A stretch of DNA of 33,715 nucleotides from Neovahlkampfia damariscottae (taxonomy: Eukaryota): positions 1 through 33,715 of the forward strand of contig JABLTG010000195.1 in the NCBI GenBank assembly GCA_016618085.1, read 5' to 3'. Made by a program: the position numbers and the translations under genes. Of this stretch, positions 1 through 10,900 are shown piece after piece. Each line of letters starts with the position of its first letter. Position 1 is the first letter of the stretch. Below the pieces are notes generated by a model. That model did no database searches and was not told the DNA's origin. It was given only the letters and a program-made list of their open reading frames with translations.

Positions 1-109
1 CGTGGAACAGGTAGGCGTGTGAGACCTCCCCGAGGCGCAGCGCGCGCTCCAGGATGCGCAACGCCGCCCGGTTGCCGACTATCCCCTCGAAGATCCGCGT
101 CCCGCTCAA
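1..109 (-). CDS. holB: DNA polymerase III delta' subunit, 5' end (runs off the window edge)
   Basis: Manual translation from TTG at 109 gives MSGTRIFEGIVGNRAALRILERALRLGEVSHAYLFHG. The SHAYLFxG motif precedes Walker A in clamp-loader subunits. The TTGA start overlaps the tmk stop, and tmk-holB is a conserved gene order. Confidence 0.85.
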   Translation of the reverse strand, partial: MSGTRIFEGIVGNRAALRILERALRLGEVSHAYLFH

Positions 110-744
110 CCCCCGCGAGTATACCCGAGACCGCGGAGCTCCCCCGCCACCAGCCCGGCGAGTTCCCGGGGAGGGAGGGTGCCGTCGAGAACCCGGACCC
201 GTTCCGGCTCGCGGCGGGCGATCTCCTCGAACCCCTCCTCCACCCGTCGCATAAAGGCCCCGCCGGAGCGTTCTATCCTGTCGGGAGGCGCCCCGGAGGC
301 CCGGGCCCGGCGGCGGCGCTCCCCGGCCCCTACCCGGAGGTAGAAGGTCGCGTCCGGCTCGAGGTCTCCGACGGCCCAGGAGTTGAGCCGGCGGACCTCC
401 TCCATTCCGAGCCCGCGGCCACAGCCCTGGTAGGCGAGGCTCGAGTCCAGGAAGCGCTCGCAGATAACGGTCTCCCCCCGCTCGAGCGCCGGCCGGATGA
501 AAAGCCGCACGTGGTCCGCCCGGGCGGCGGCGTACAGGTAGGCCTCGGTCCAGGGGTCCATCCCGCCCCGCGGGTCGAGCAGCAGCTCCCGGATGCGCTC
601 GGCGGCCGGGGTGCCGCCGGGCTCCCGGGTGAAGCGCGCGGGTGCCCCGGAGCCGCCGAGCTCCTCCCTGAGATACCGCACCAGGGTGGACTTCCCGCAG
701 AAGTCCAGCCCCTCCACGGTCACGAAGAGACCACGCCCGGCCAG
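106..744 (-). CDS. tmk: Thymidylate kinase (dTMP kinase)
   Basis: P-loop FVTVEGLDFCGKST, TREPGG, LYAAARADH, ERFLDSSLAYQG and LEPDATFYL. The ORF track starts at GTG 723, but the frame extends to CTG 744 (AGRGLFVTVEG), which has GAGGGGG 6 nt upstream. Confidence 0.95.
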   Translation of the reverse strand: MAGRGLFVTVEGLDFCGKSTLVRYLREELGGSGAPARFTREPGGTPAAERIRELLLDPRGGMDPWTEAYLYAAARADHVRLFIRPALERGETVICERFLDSSLAYQGCGRGLGMEEVRRLNSWAVGDLEPDATFYLRVGAGERRRRARASGAPPDRIERSGGAFMRRVEEGFEEIARREPERVRVLDGTLPPRELAGLVAGELRGLGYTRGG

Positions 745-755
745 CCGAAGCCCCC

Positions 756-1005
756 TCAGGCGGCGGCGCGCCGCCCGGCGTAGCGCCGGGCGGCCGAAAC
801 GTGGGCCTCGAAGAGCGCCCGATGCTCGGGCCCCGCCGCGCGCATGGCCTCAGCGTGCCACTGGATGCCGAGGATCCAACGCTCCCCCGGCTCGCGGGAC
901 TCGACGGCCTCGATCACGCCGTCCGCCGAGCGGGCGCCGACGACGAGGCCCGGCGCCAGATCCCTCACCGCCTGGTGGTGGTAGGAGTTGACCTTGAGCG
1001 GCCCC
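756..1005 (-). CDS. Gamma-glutamyl-gamma-aminobutyrate hydrolase family (peptidase C26, PuuD-like) glutamine amidotransferase, C-terminal fragment only
   Basis: VNSYHHQAV, ARSADGVIEAVE and LGIQWHAE motifs. The N-terminal part, including the catalytic Cys, is replaced by AT-rich DNA at ~1005. Confidence 0.9.
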
Positions 1006-1010
1006 AAATC
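1000..1010. other. Abrupt junction between GC-rich bacterial DNA and AT-rich eukaryotic DNA (probable chimera)
   Basis: GAGCGGCCCC|AAATCCAAACTCAATTTT. Composition switches within a few bases and both flanking genes are truncated. Confidence 0.9.
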
Positions 1011-1237
1011 CAAACTCAATTTTAAATTCAAACCAAAAATAATGGATGATAAAATAAAACAAATTGAAATGTTAAAAGAAAATATGAATAAAATAACAAC
1101 AAATCAAAATCATGAGTGTTTTAACTATTGGGGGATTGGAAAATTGTTATTGAATATTTTTGAAAAAAAAAGAAGATGAAATCAGTGAAAAACAATTATT
1201 AAATGAATCAATATGTAGAATTAAATCAAAAAAATAA
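1003..1237 (+). CDS. 3' remnant of a eukaryotic gene of unknown function, truncated by the junction, with a probable frameshift in an A-run
   Basis: The frame PKSKLNFKFKPKIMDDKIK...NIFEKK continues as EDEISEKQLLNESICRIKSKK* if one A is removed from the A-run at ~1163-1171. Confidence 0.4.
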
Positions 1238-1392
1238 AATTTAATTTGTTTTTTTTTATTTTAATTGTTTTTTTGATTAGTAGCTACAGTGGAATATTCG
1301 TTTTAAAGTGTAGAACCTCAATTTTAAAATATTTCAAATTTAAGTTCTTAAATTTAGAAATCAGGTGATTGGTTGAATCAACTTGAACAAAA

Positions 1393-2033
1393 ATGAAAAT
1401 ACTCATTATTTTCATCACCATTTTGGGATTTCAAATTGTGTTATCTCAATATTTAGTAACAAATTCACACCTAAACAACCACAACTGTGATACAAAATCA
1501 ACAACAGTAGGTATGACAGTAAGAAAAAAAATAATTCACTCAAACAGTATACAAACGGAGTATGTTACCCATCAGGACAACAAGCTTCAGTATTATACTC
1601 ATGCAATTCAACACATCAAACAACAAACATTTGTTCTAAAAACTGTGATAACTGCAAACCCATGATAAATTTTCCAAATAAATGTCAAGCAATTGGAGAA
1701 CATTCAATCAACAGAGACTGTGGGAAAATCACAAGAAAAATTAAAAAAAAAGGATTCACAATGAAAATGTATTACAATCACAAATGTGAAGGAGTTTCAC
1801 ACCAAACGATATTTTACACAGAAACATGTCTTCCAGCTGTTGGAGAATTCAATATTCTCAAAATTGCTTCAAAAAATGGTTCAACAAAATATATTTACAA
1901 CAAGAATAAGAAAATAGCTAATATCATCACTTACACCGGAATGGATTGTTCTGGTGAAGTGATTGAACACATGAAATTCAAACCAAAAAAATGTTATGTG
2001 TATCGAGGAACTGCACTGGTAATTGAAAAATAA
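1393..2033 (+). CDS. Secreted cysteine-rich protein, ~203 aa, join(1393..1518,1548..2033)
   Basis: Signal peptide MKILIIFITILGFQIVLSQ. A 29-nt intron (GTAAG...AACAG, 1519-1547) joins the two track ORFs in frame (GMT|YTNGVCYPSG...CSKNCDNCKPMINF). Confidence 0.8.
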
Positions 2034-2411
2034 ATTCAATAAATGTTTGGGTTGTGATCTTAAAGCAGGATTGAACTAAAGTTAAACTTAGAAGTTTATT
2101 CAAAGGCATTCATATTTTGATATTTTTCACAGGAAAGGAGTTGGCTTACACCTTCATTTTCTTCAACATCTAATTTTTTGTAATTGTCAAGAACTGAATT
2201 ACGAAAAGAGTCGAAATTCTTTAAATGCTTGAGCATTTCTTTCTATATTTTTTGGTTTCCCAAAAGATAGAAAAAACAAATGGAAATATTCAAGGAAAAT
2301 ATCAAAGTTAACAAATGAACTTCTTGCTAAATTGTTTTCATCTATTCCTTCATAGAAATATGAGTATTTTTCACCAATCAACAGACAAAGGAAATAACCC
2401 AACCCAAATTC

Positions 2412-4775
2412 TCAAATGAACCCAAAATTCAAATCCAACATGATGTGTTGTTTTGGTAACAATCTAAAGTGTCTACCATCCATTATCATTAATAATTGTG
2501 AATTATTCTGAAAACTATCTTTGATATGAAAATAAACATCTCTATTTTTCAAAATTAGTTCCAACAGAAATTCAAAGTCATTTTGCAATTCTTTTGATGC
2601 ATAATTCAACATGAATGGTTGTTGTAGCACTGCAAGAGATACAATAGATTTTGATTTTTTAAATTCTTCAGAAACGAATTTTAAAGCAAATGGAGTTGAT
2701 TCAACTGCAGCTCTGACAATTTGTTGATTATCATTAAGTTCAGGGAATAACTTGAGATTTGTTCCTTGAGATGATATGTAAACTTTAATAACATCAAATT
2801 CTGATTGAAATTTCTTTGGGATCATATTATAAATTTGAGGAGAATATTCAAGAGCGCGTAAAATAACCTCCTTTTTATCAATGAAATCAATAAATATTTC
2901 AGTCAAAGGTGGAAAGAAACTGATCATTTTTTCTTGACATTCTTTGGAAAATTCTATTTCTTTTAATTCTGAAATGGAAGCAAAACATAACTTCATTAAA
3001 ACATCATCATCATCTTGGATTTCTTTTGATAAAATGGTGTAAGATCGAGCTAAAGCTGACGGATATAACTCCATAACAAGTGTTTTGTTTATGATTTTTT
3101 CATCTGTTTTCCTGATGATGGCTGATTGATTGGAGAATGGGTTTTTCAAAAGTTTCATGACACACTCAAAATCAGAAAAAAGTTGTTGTGGAAAATGATC
3201 AATTGACAAATATGTATATCCTGTTCTCGACATTATCCATCTCTTTAACAATTTCAAATCATCACAATGATATTTGACTAATTCTCCAAAAGGTATAACT
3301 TGCAAATGTTGAATCCATAGCTTTTTATCATCTATATATTTCTTTGGGAGTTTTATATTATCTTTATGATATTTAGCAAGTAAATCTTTAAAATAAACTC
3401 TTTTAAATGGTTCACAAAATTCTTTATGATCAAAAACTTGATCAAATGGGAAATTTTCATACTTAATCGATGAAAGAATTTTGTAACATTCTTCATCTTT
3501 TAATAGATCATCAAAATTTAAATGTTTTGCATAATAGTTTTTCAAAGTTCCCGAATTTTCATAAATCATTTTTAGTATCGGTTTATGAAGATCGTTTTGA
3601 ATTCTTTTTATATCAAAATAATATGAGGATGTCAAAGTATGTTTTAAGTATTCCAAAACCAATTCACCCTCAATATCTTGAGCATGGAAATTAACATATT
3701 TTCCATTTCTCATTAGCTTTGTTTTCAATTCAACATGAGATTTTCCATAAAGTGAAAATGGACGTTTTGTTAGTATTTCTGTAGCAATTCTTTCATCATT
3801 GTAATGAATTTTTAAAATATGTTGAGGTAAGTAGCTCAAACAAGACAGATTTATTTTAGTGCATTCTAAAATAAATTCAGGATCTTCTTGGAATTCAATT
3901 GGTACTTCGGACATCATTGATGGTAGGGTTGATATTGCCATCAAACAAAACTTTCTATCTTTCATGAATGGACAATTTTTCAAGTATTCACTTTTTTGGA
4001 CTGATGTTTTAATGGCATTCATAGCAACAATATCATTTATAAATAAATCCTTGTTTGGCTTTGAGTAATTTTTGAAATACAAAACAGCACCAAAACTTCC
4101 CTTGATTAATTTCTCTTGAAATAAAATTTCATCATCTAAGACTTGTTTTTTTCTGTATTGTATTGATATGAGTGGTGCATAAAAAATGTCTTCTTCACTG
4201 ATTTTTTCCAAATTGAAGAATGGATTTAAGTTCTCTTTTCTACAAAACAACATTTTTAAATTAAAATTTCCTCTTAAAATGTTATAGAAATATGGATCCA
4301 CTAACCAATGCGGATTTTGATCTGCTGCAATTTTTAAAAAATTAATATTCAATTGATCTTTCATTTTGAAATGTTTTATGTTTCGTCCATCTTTTTCAAG
4401 TAATTTGATTTTTAATTCAGTTGATAACTCAAATTCTTTGATATATTTTGGTTTTCTTTGACAAACTTTGAACATGATTTTTTCATTTTTTTTCATCTCT
4501 TCTGTTAACATTGAAAAACTTGGATTTTTGATGTAATCTTGTATAAATTGTTCATTTTTTAAATATTTTTTAGGTAGTTGATTCAAAAGTTTCGAAGTTT
4601 TTCCAATAACTAATTTTACAATTTCTTCATCTTCTTTTAACAATGAAGAAATATGTTTATACCAAAGCGGACGAAGTTTTAAAATTTGTAAAACAGTTTC
4701 TTTGTCGTTTTTGTATTCTTTTGGGAACAACTTCAGTTTTCCATTTTTTATCTCTTCCACAATTTTTTGAGACAT
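2412..4775 (-). CDS. DUF4116-repeat helical protein, 787 aa
   Basis: Repeats such as IVRAAVESTPFALKFVSEEFK, IVSLAVLQQPFMLNYASKELQNDFEF and YKHISSLLKEDEEIV. C-terminus DLNFGFI. Confidence 0.8.
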   Translation of the reverse strand: MSQKIVEEIKNGKLKLFPKEYKNDKETVLQILKLRPLWYKHISSLLKEDEEIVKLVIGKTSKLLNQLPKKYLKNEQFIQDYIKNPSFSMLTEEMKKNEKIMFKVCQRKPKYIKEFELSTELKIKLLEKDGRNIKHFKMKDQLNINFLKIAADQNPHWLVDPYFYNILRGNFNLKMLFCRKENLNPFFNLEKISEEDIFYAPLISIQYRKKQVLDDEILFQEKLIKGSFGAVLYFKNYSKPNKDLFINDIVAMNAIKTSVQKSEYLKNCPFMKDRKFCLMAISTLPSMMSEVPIEFQEDPEFILECTKINLSCLSYLPQHILKIHYNDERIATEILTKRPFSLYGKSHVELKTKLMRNGKYVNFHAQDIEGELVLEYLKHTLTSSYYFDIKRIQNDLHKPILKMIYENSGTLKNYYAKHLNFDDLLKDEECYKILSSIKYENFPFDQVFDHKEFCEPFKRVYFKDLLAKYHKDNIKLPKKYIDDKKLWIQHLQVIPFGELVKYHCDDLKLLKRWIMSRTGYTYLSIDHFPQQLFSDFECVMKLLKNPFSNQSAIIRKTDEKIINKTLVMELYPSALARSYTILSKEIQDDDDVLMKLCFASISELKEIEFSKECQEKMISFFPPLTEIFIDFIDKKEVILRALEYSPQIYNMIPKKFQSEFDVIKVYISSQGTNLKLFPELNDNQQIVRAAVESTPFALKFVSEEFKKSKSIVSLAVLQQPFMLNYASKELQNDFEFLLELILKNRDVYFHIKDSFQNNSQLLMIMDGRHFRLLPKQHIMLDLNFGFI

Positions 4776-5029
4776 TTTGTATGCAATTTTTTATTGGACA
4801 AAAGTTATGGTCAAATCAAAATTCTGCATGACCAAAGAAATGGAAGCGAAATGATTCTCTATTTATTCGAGAATCAACTGACGAATGATACAAGTGATTT
4901 GTGATTTTTGAGCAACCCAAAGTTTGCTAATTTGAAAGAGTTTCATAGTAATTCAATTTTTTATAACTGTTACAAACAAAATATCAAAGGCTTCTATTTT
5001 TTGAATATATGATTTATTTAAATGTTTGC

Positions 5030-7270
5030 TTTTGTAATTTTTTGATAAAATTTCAACTGAATCACCTTTTCCATTCAAATTGCAGCAAAAACACACTGGC
5101 AAAGAGATTGGTAAATCAACTTCCCAATTTTTTTCTGAATCTCTTTTTAATATAATTCTTGTTCTTTTGTTGATATTTTCATTCGAATGATATCATTAGT
5201 TTGATAATTTAGATGTCCTGAACTTTGATGTGTCTTTTGGTTTGTAGTCCAAATACATTCATTCATACTCCACAAATTTGTACCGTGGGCTGCATATCCA
5301 CCATTATAATTCCAACTAAAATCTTTAACTTTTACTTTCAGTTTCGCAAACACCAACACCAACCCAAGAAACTTTTGTGATTTTCATACATATTTCAATA
5401 TCATTCATTCCTTTTTTAATTGGAAATGAACAAAATGCAAGTCTTGGATTGTTCCCATTTTGAATGATTTTTGCACTATTTTTCCCATCAACTTGAAAGT
5501 TACTCTCAAAACAATCCCATTTGATTTTGGAAAATGTGGTATTTTGAAAGAAATACAGATTGTAAGTCTTTAAAAAATCTTGAAATATTTTATCTTCTTT
5601 ATCATTCAATTCAATAGAAGGATCTAAAGCTACTTTATGTAATAATTTCAATTCTTTTTCTTTAGTTACGGTTAAGGAGATTGGAAATATAACAATTTAT
5701 GAGATCCAAATTCAAAATTATTTGATTTCAATGTGCAGTGGAGTTGAGATTTTTGAGATAGCAAAGTTGAAAAATGTTCTCTAATTTGAATATCTCTATC
5801 ATTTTCTTCTAAAAGCAATGAGTCTTCTTCATTGTCAAAATTCGGAGCAACAAGTAATTCCATTCTTAAATCTTCTGACATTGATTTAAATTTATCAAAA
5901 GTTTCTTTGGAATCAATGAATTTCTCTTGTCCAATTTCTTGGAATTTTTGCAAACAAAATGTTTTCATCACATCACCAGAAACAAATCTTTGTTTTTTTG
6001 TTTCACGTAACGTATTATCAACCTTTATAAGAACATCAAGAATATATAAAGGCTTATTATTTTTCAATTGACAGGTACCATGTACTTCCAATTGTGGAAA
6101 CTCAATTTCTTTTGATAATTTCACTATTGCAAACAATTCATTACCAGTGAGTGATAATTTAAATCCATACATGTATTTCAAAATTCTATGAATGAAGTAA
6201 GGATCAAATTTTGATAAATCTAATGTTGAATATTCAAGTAATTTAGCTTTGAAAAAATTAGATTGACATAAAGTTGATTTGTGACTTGGGATCATTTCAT
6301 CTCCAATTTTGATTTGACAATCTGAAAAATTGGTTTGATATGATAAAAATCCAATATGATCAGCATTCATTTTTAACGAAAACAGATCATCAGAGAAACA
6401 AATAACGAATAAATATTATTATGATGAAATACAATTGACTGGTTCAAATTTAAATGCGAAATACCTTCATATAATAATTCAATCCATTCATTTTCTTCAA
6501 TTTTATATTCCAGCATTTGGTTTCAATTTTTTTGTCTTTGATTAATATCAATAATTCATCTTCATTCAACTGTATCAAATCAAAATGAGAGATTTAACGG
6601 ATTTTTGATTTTTTTGTGTGACACTTCAAAAAAGTACAAGTTAATTCTGTACAATGAATCAATGCAACCAGTTTTTCCACCAATGATAAACAAATTTTTT
6701 CCATCAGTGATTATTTGGTACTAATCCAATGATATCGGTTTTTTCAACACTTCTTCCTTTAATCTGTCAGATTTTATGTTGTAAGAATAAAATTTGTTTT
6801 GAGCAACTCCAAATGAATTTAAACCTCCATAAATATAAATCTTATCACCATCAGCAATTGAACAATGACATGAAAGTGGAATAACTTCATTAGGTAATTT
6901 TCTGAAGTCTTTTTTTATTCAGTTCAAATATTTGAAAACAATTTGAGGTTTCATTATTTCTTCAAAAAATTAAAAAAAATAGAATTATAAACATACTCAT
7001 CTATACCTCCATAAACGAAAATTTGGTTCTTTGAGGCAGTACAATTTGAGAAGTTTGTTCTCATGTTTTATCCATTTTCCTTCAGAAATGAACAGCAGAG
7101 TCGGCAATTTGTGAATCTAAAATTTAAAAATTGAATAACATACCTTTTAATTTTCCTCCATAAAGGAACAAAGATCCTTCAATACCAACCATTTTATGGT
7201 GTGATCGTATTTTGGAAAATACGATTGCTAAATCCAAAATACTTGCTGTATTAGAAAGGTGATTTGAACA
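5030..7270 (-). pseudogene. Disrupted kelch-BTB-SPRY-like gene (boundaries approximate)
   Basis: Kelch-like pieces in broken frames at 6650-7210 (HHKMVGIEGSLFLYGGK, QIFVYGG, HCSIADGDKIYIYGG, NLFIIGG). BTB at 5672-6370 (FSDCQIKIG..IPSHKSTLCQSNFF..ILKYMYG). A second BTB start ends at HKLLYFQSP*. SPRY-like tail (WVGVGVC, YQTNDIIRM, PVCFCCNLNGKGDSVEIL) lies across several frames. Confidence 0.55.
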
Positions 7271-7889
7271 TTGACAAATTAAAATTTAATGATTTATTTG
7301 AATTGGAATGTTGATTTATTTATTAGGAATTCAACAGAAAAAGTTTATTTGGATAAAATACTCCAAAAAAAAGCATGAAAATATTTTTTATTTTTGCTTC
7401 CTTCTGTTTGACTAGTTGTTTAACTATGTTGACAGATCTGTTCGAAATTACAACATTGTATTGTAATATGACGAAAATGGAAATTCTTTTTTTTTCAAAG
7501 GAACCTCTCAATTTTGTTTTGAAACTTTTTTCTTGGAGAATTCAGAGTCTGGGAGTATCGCCTAAGCGTGACCAGTTTGTTCTGAAAATTCAGCATCCTC
7601 CAAGAAAAAAAGTTACAGCCACTTGAATTTTACGTTTGTTTTCATCATCATATCATCAATTTTTCACATCTTTTGATTCTAAGACAAAAATGTCTTTCTA
7701 AAAAACTTCTTTTCAACATCAAAACCCAAACAACCAATCAATATTTTGAAATGCAAGTTGATTTTGTTTTTCATCGGGTTGAATTTGAATTTCCGAATTC
7801 CATTTTAATTTTTCCATTTTGGTGTATGATGTCTGTAATTTCTAACAGAGATTGGGAAAAAGGTTGAATTGGAAACTTTGGATTAATTA

Positions 7890-7912
7890 GATTGGTGGAA
7901 CAACCACCAATC
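7890..7912. promoter_or_regulatory. Perfect 9-bp inverted repeat made of two opposed CCAAT boxes
   Basis: GATTGGTGG-AACAA-CCACCAATC, ending 20 nt before ATG 7933 and followed by TTTTGCGCC. Confidence 0.55.
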
Positions 7913-7932
7913 ATTTTGCGCCACAAAACAAA

Positions 7933-10900
7933 ATGTTTCTCAAACACTGTTTCTTAGTCTTTTTGGCAATAACAGCTGTTGCTTTTGCAGAAGTAAACTT
8001 AATGAGTGTTTATCATTATTCGGAAACTACTTTTATAAATTTAAAGCCACGTTCAAGAGAAATTCAAGTAGAATTTCTGTATCATTCAAATGTCAGAAAC
8101 GAAACTGATTTAAAAGAACTCAGTACAGAGCTTGGAAAATCTTTGGCAACTGAGAATATTCAAAAAAACAATGAAGCCTTTGAAGTCACAAGTGATGTCA
8201 TGGGAAAAGTTGAAGTTCATCCAACAAAAACTGTTACAAAGTTTTTTGACTCTCCAAATGGTTTCAGATCACAACAAGGATGGATTAGTTCAAAAGATGA
8301 ATATCCTACAGATGAATATCTCGAAGGAGATATCAAAATGCTTCAAAAACTACAACAACACGTTTCAAATTTTGACTCTTTTAACTTGAATGTAAAAGTA
8401 CCTCAAAATGAAACACTTTTAGTCAATTTACTCATCAACAGATTAAGAAAGGAAAATAATGAATACCTTCGTATTGAAAAGAATTTAAAGTTAGGAAAAA
8501 TTTCTTACAGCAATGAATTTTTAAAAAAACTTTTTTCAAAAGATGCACACAATAGATTCAGTTACAAGCCAACTTTAAAACAATTATTTGAAGATTTTGT
8601 TGTCCGTCAAGGATATGAATTATCAGATCCTTCAATTGATACAAAATTCATTTGGTGGTCACCAATTGATAAAATTAAAGAAAGATTCTTAACTATTGAT
8701 TATGTACATCCATTTTATAGAATTGATATTACTCCAATTCTTTTAAATTCAAATTTAGATGAAAAAGAAATTATTGCTAAATTAGGAAATCAAGTTAACA
8801 TTCAAGATGTTGTTCAATTTAAAGAATTTGAAAATGATATTGTTCAAAGTGTTAAAAGAGCAGCTGGATTAATAAAAGCAACTGAATTTCTTGGAAACTT
8901 TATTGCTGATAATGCAATTTCAGAAATTAGTTTTATCGAAGTTCACATGATTCAACAAATTAGAAAATACTTGAGCTACGGAAAAAGAGTTTTTGTTAAA
9001 TATTTAACTTGGGAATACGAAAAATGTCCAAAAATTTATTCAGGAGAAAACAAAAAATTAGTTGGTGTTTACGATGATGAAAAATTTGTATTTGGTTATA
9101 TTCCAACTGGAATTTATGGTCATGCTCCTTTAATTATCCCAGGTGAATCACTTGTTTGGCATCAAAGAACAGAACATAGATTTAATTTAATGGGAAAATA
9201 TAATCCAGCTTTAATTAATTTAAATATTGCTCATTTTCTTGAAAACAAATGGTTTGAATACAAATATTGGGAAACTTATTGTCCTGGATTTCTTCCAAAA
9301 ACAAAATTATTATACGATATTCTTCCAGAAGGTGTCAGTAAATACAATGTTACACCAGAACAATTTCTTGAAGTTGCAAATAAAGAATTTCCAAATGGAT
9401 GGATCATCAAAGGAGTTTGGGATTACAATGGAATTCATCATCGTATTACACCAAAAATGGATATCAAAAAACATTATTATGATTATAAAAATTCTGATTT
9501 TGACAAATTTCGTGAAGAAGCTAAAAAAGGACTTGCTGGATGTGAACCAGTTGAAGATTTAAATATGGCAACTCATAGACATCCAAATTTTCTTGGTGCT
9601 AAAATTGCTGATCTTTTAAGTGATTCATCACAAACATTTGTTCAACAATATTTAGATCTTAAAAGAGAACATCGTATTGAATGTGCTGGAGGTGCTTGTC
9701 CAATGTCTTGTATGGAAGGAGATGAAGATTGGGAAACAATTGATTCAAAAAAGAAGATTCAAGATTTACAAGAAGATATGCAACACTTTTTTATGCAATG
9801 TATTAATACAATGCCAGCAAATTTAAGAGGTATTTCACTTACATCTGATGTTGCAAAATTAAATTCAGGTGGACATATTACAATTGAAACAAACCCTGGT
9901 GGAAATGGATGGAATATTCATAATGTAAAAAATGTAATCACTGGGCACAATCGTCTTTTGAGGAGATATCATGAATTTGCAGAATATGATCCTGAAGGAA
10001 TTCAAAAAGGTATGACAGAAGAAGAACAAATTATTTATCAAAGAGAAATGTTAAAAAAATGGAATGTTTCTTATGAAGTTCATGGAACTCATTTTTCTGA
10101 ATTACCTGATAGAATTTTAGATTCAATTACATATGTTCATCCAATTAGATCTGATAGACTTAATTATGAAGGACCACGTCCAAAAGCTCAATGTATTGTT
10201 TCAAGTCCACGTAAAATTGCTTCAATTTCAAAAGGAATTAATTTCTGGAAACAAAATGTCAAAACTGATACAACACTCGATTGTGAAGATATTTTACATC
10301 ATCTTTATTATTTAACATTAAAATCAAAAGATACAATTTCAACTGATCTAGCTCAAAATATCACATCTGAAATTAGTAAAAAATATGGTCCAGCTATTCT
10401 TCAAAAATTCTCTGCTCCTTTAATAAAATTCCAAAAGAAAAATATTAAAAATGGAGATGAAATTGAAAAGAGTCTTGTGAATAAATTATCAGATCTAACT
10501 TTAGCTGCTATTAACCATGTTGACATGCTGAAAACTGTTGGAATTCCACATAATGATTTTTATGAATTAACTGTTAAATTTCACAAAATTTTAACAAAAG
10601 AAAGAAGTGAAATTATTAAATATGATAAATTAATGGAAAAATTCCAAAAATACACTAAAATATTTGTCATTCACAAAAAATTAACAAAAAGAGTTGAAAA
10701 TATGATTATTGAAATTTTTGATGAATTTGAAGATAGAATTACTCAATTAAAAGCTGCAGAGAGAAACAATTTTGATTTAAATGTTTCATTTGGAACTGTA
10801 GTTAAAGATTTAATGGAAAAAATGAGAAATTTATATTCATTCTTTATTCTTGGTGAAAAGAAAAATGAAAGAATTTATGACGCATTACTTCATGCTACAC

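Noticed and set aside
1..1005. Functional horizontal transfer of tmk into the protist
   Set aside because: No amelioration, intact bacterial operon coupling and broken genes on both sides; a chimera is more parsimonious.
19..1025. Plus-strand ORFs 19..783, 54..254, 593..991 and 801..1025
   Set aside because: Shadow frames of GC-rich DNA, antisense to holB, tmk and the PuuD-like gene; Pro/Arg/Ala-rich with no motifs.
756..1031. Track ORF treated as a complete 91-aa gene starting at TTG 1031
   Set aside because: The first codons come from AT-rich DNA across the junction and the catalytic N-terminal half is missing.
2199..2402. 67-aa minus-strand ORF downstream of the DUF4116 gene
   Set aside because: TTG start and no recognisable motif; possibly a gene remnant but not supportable.
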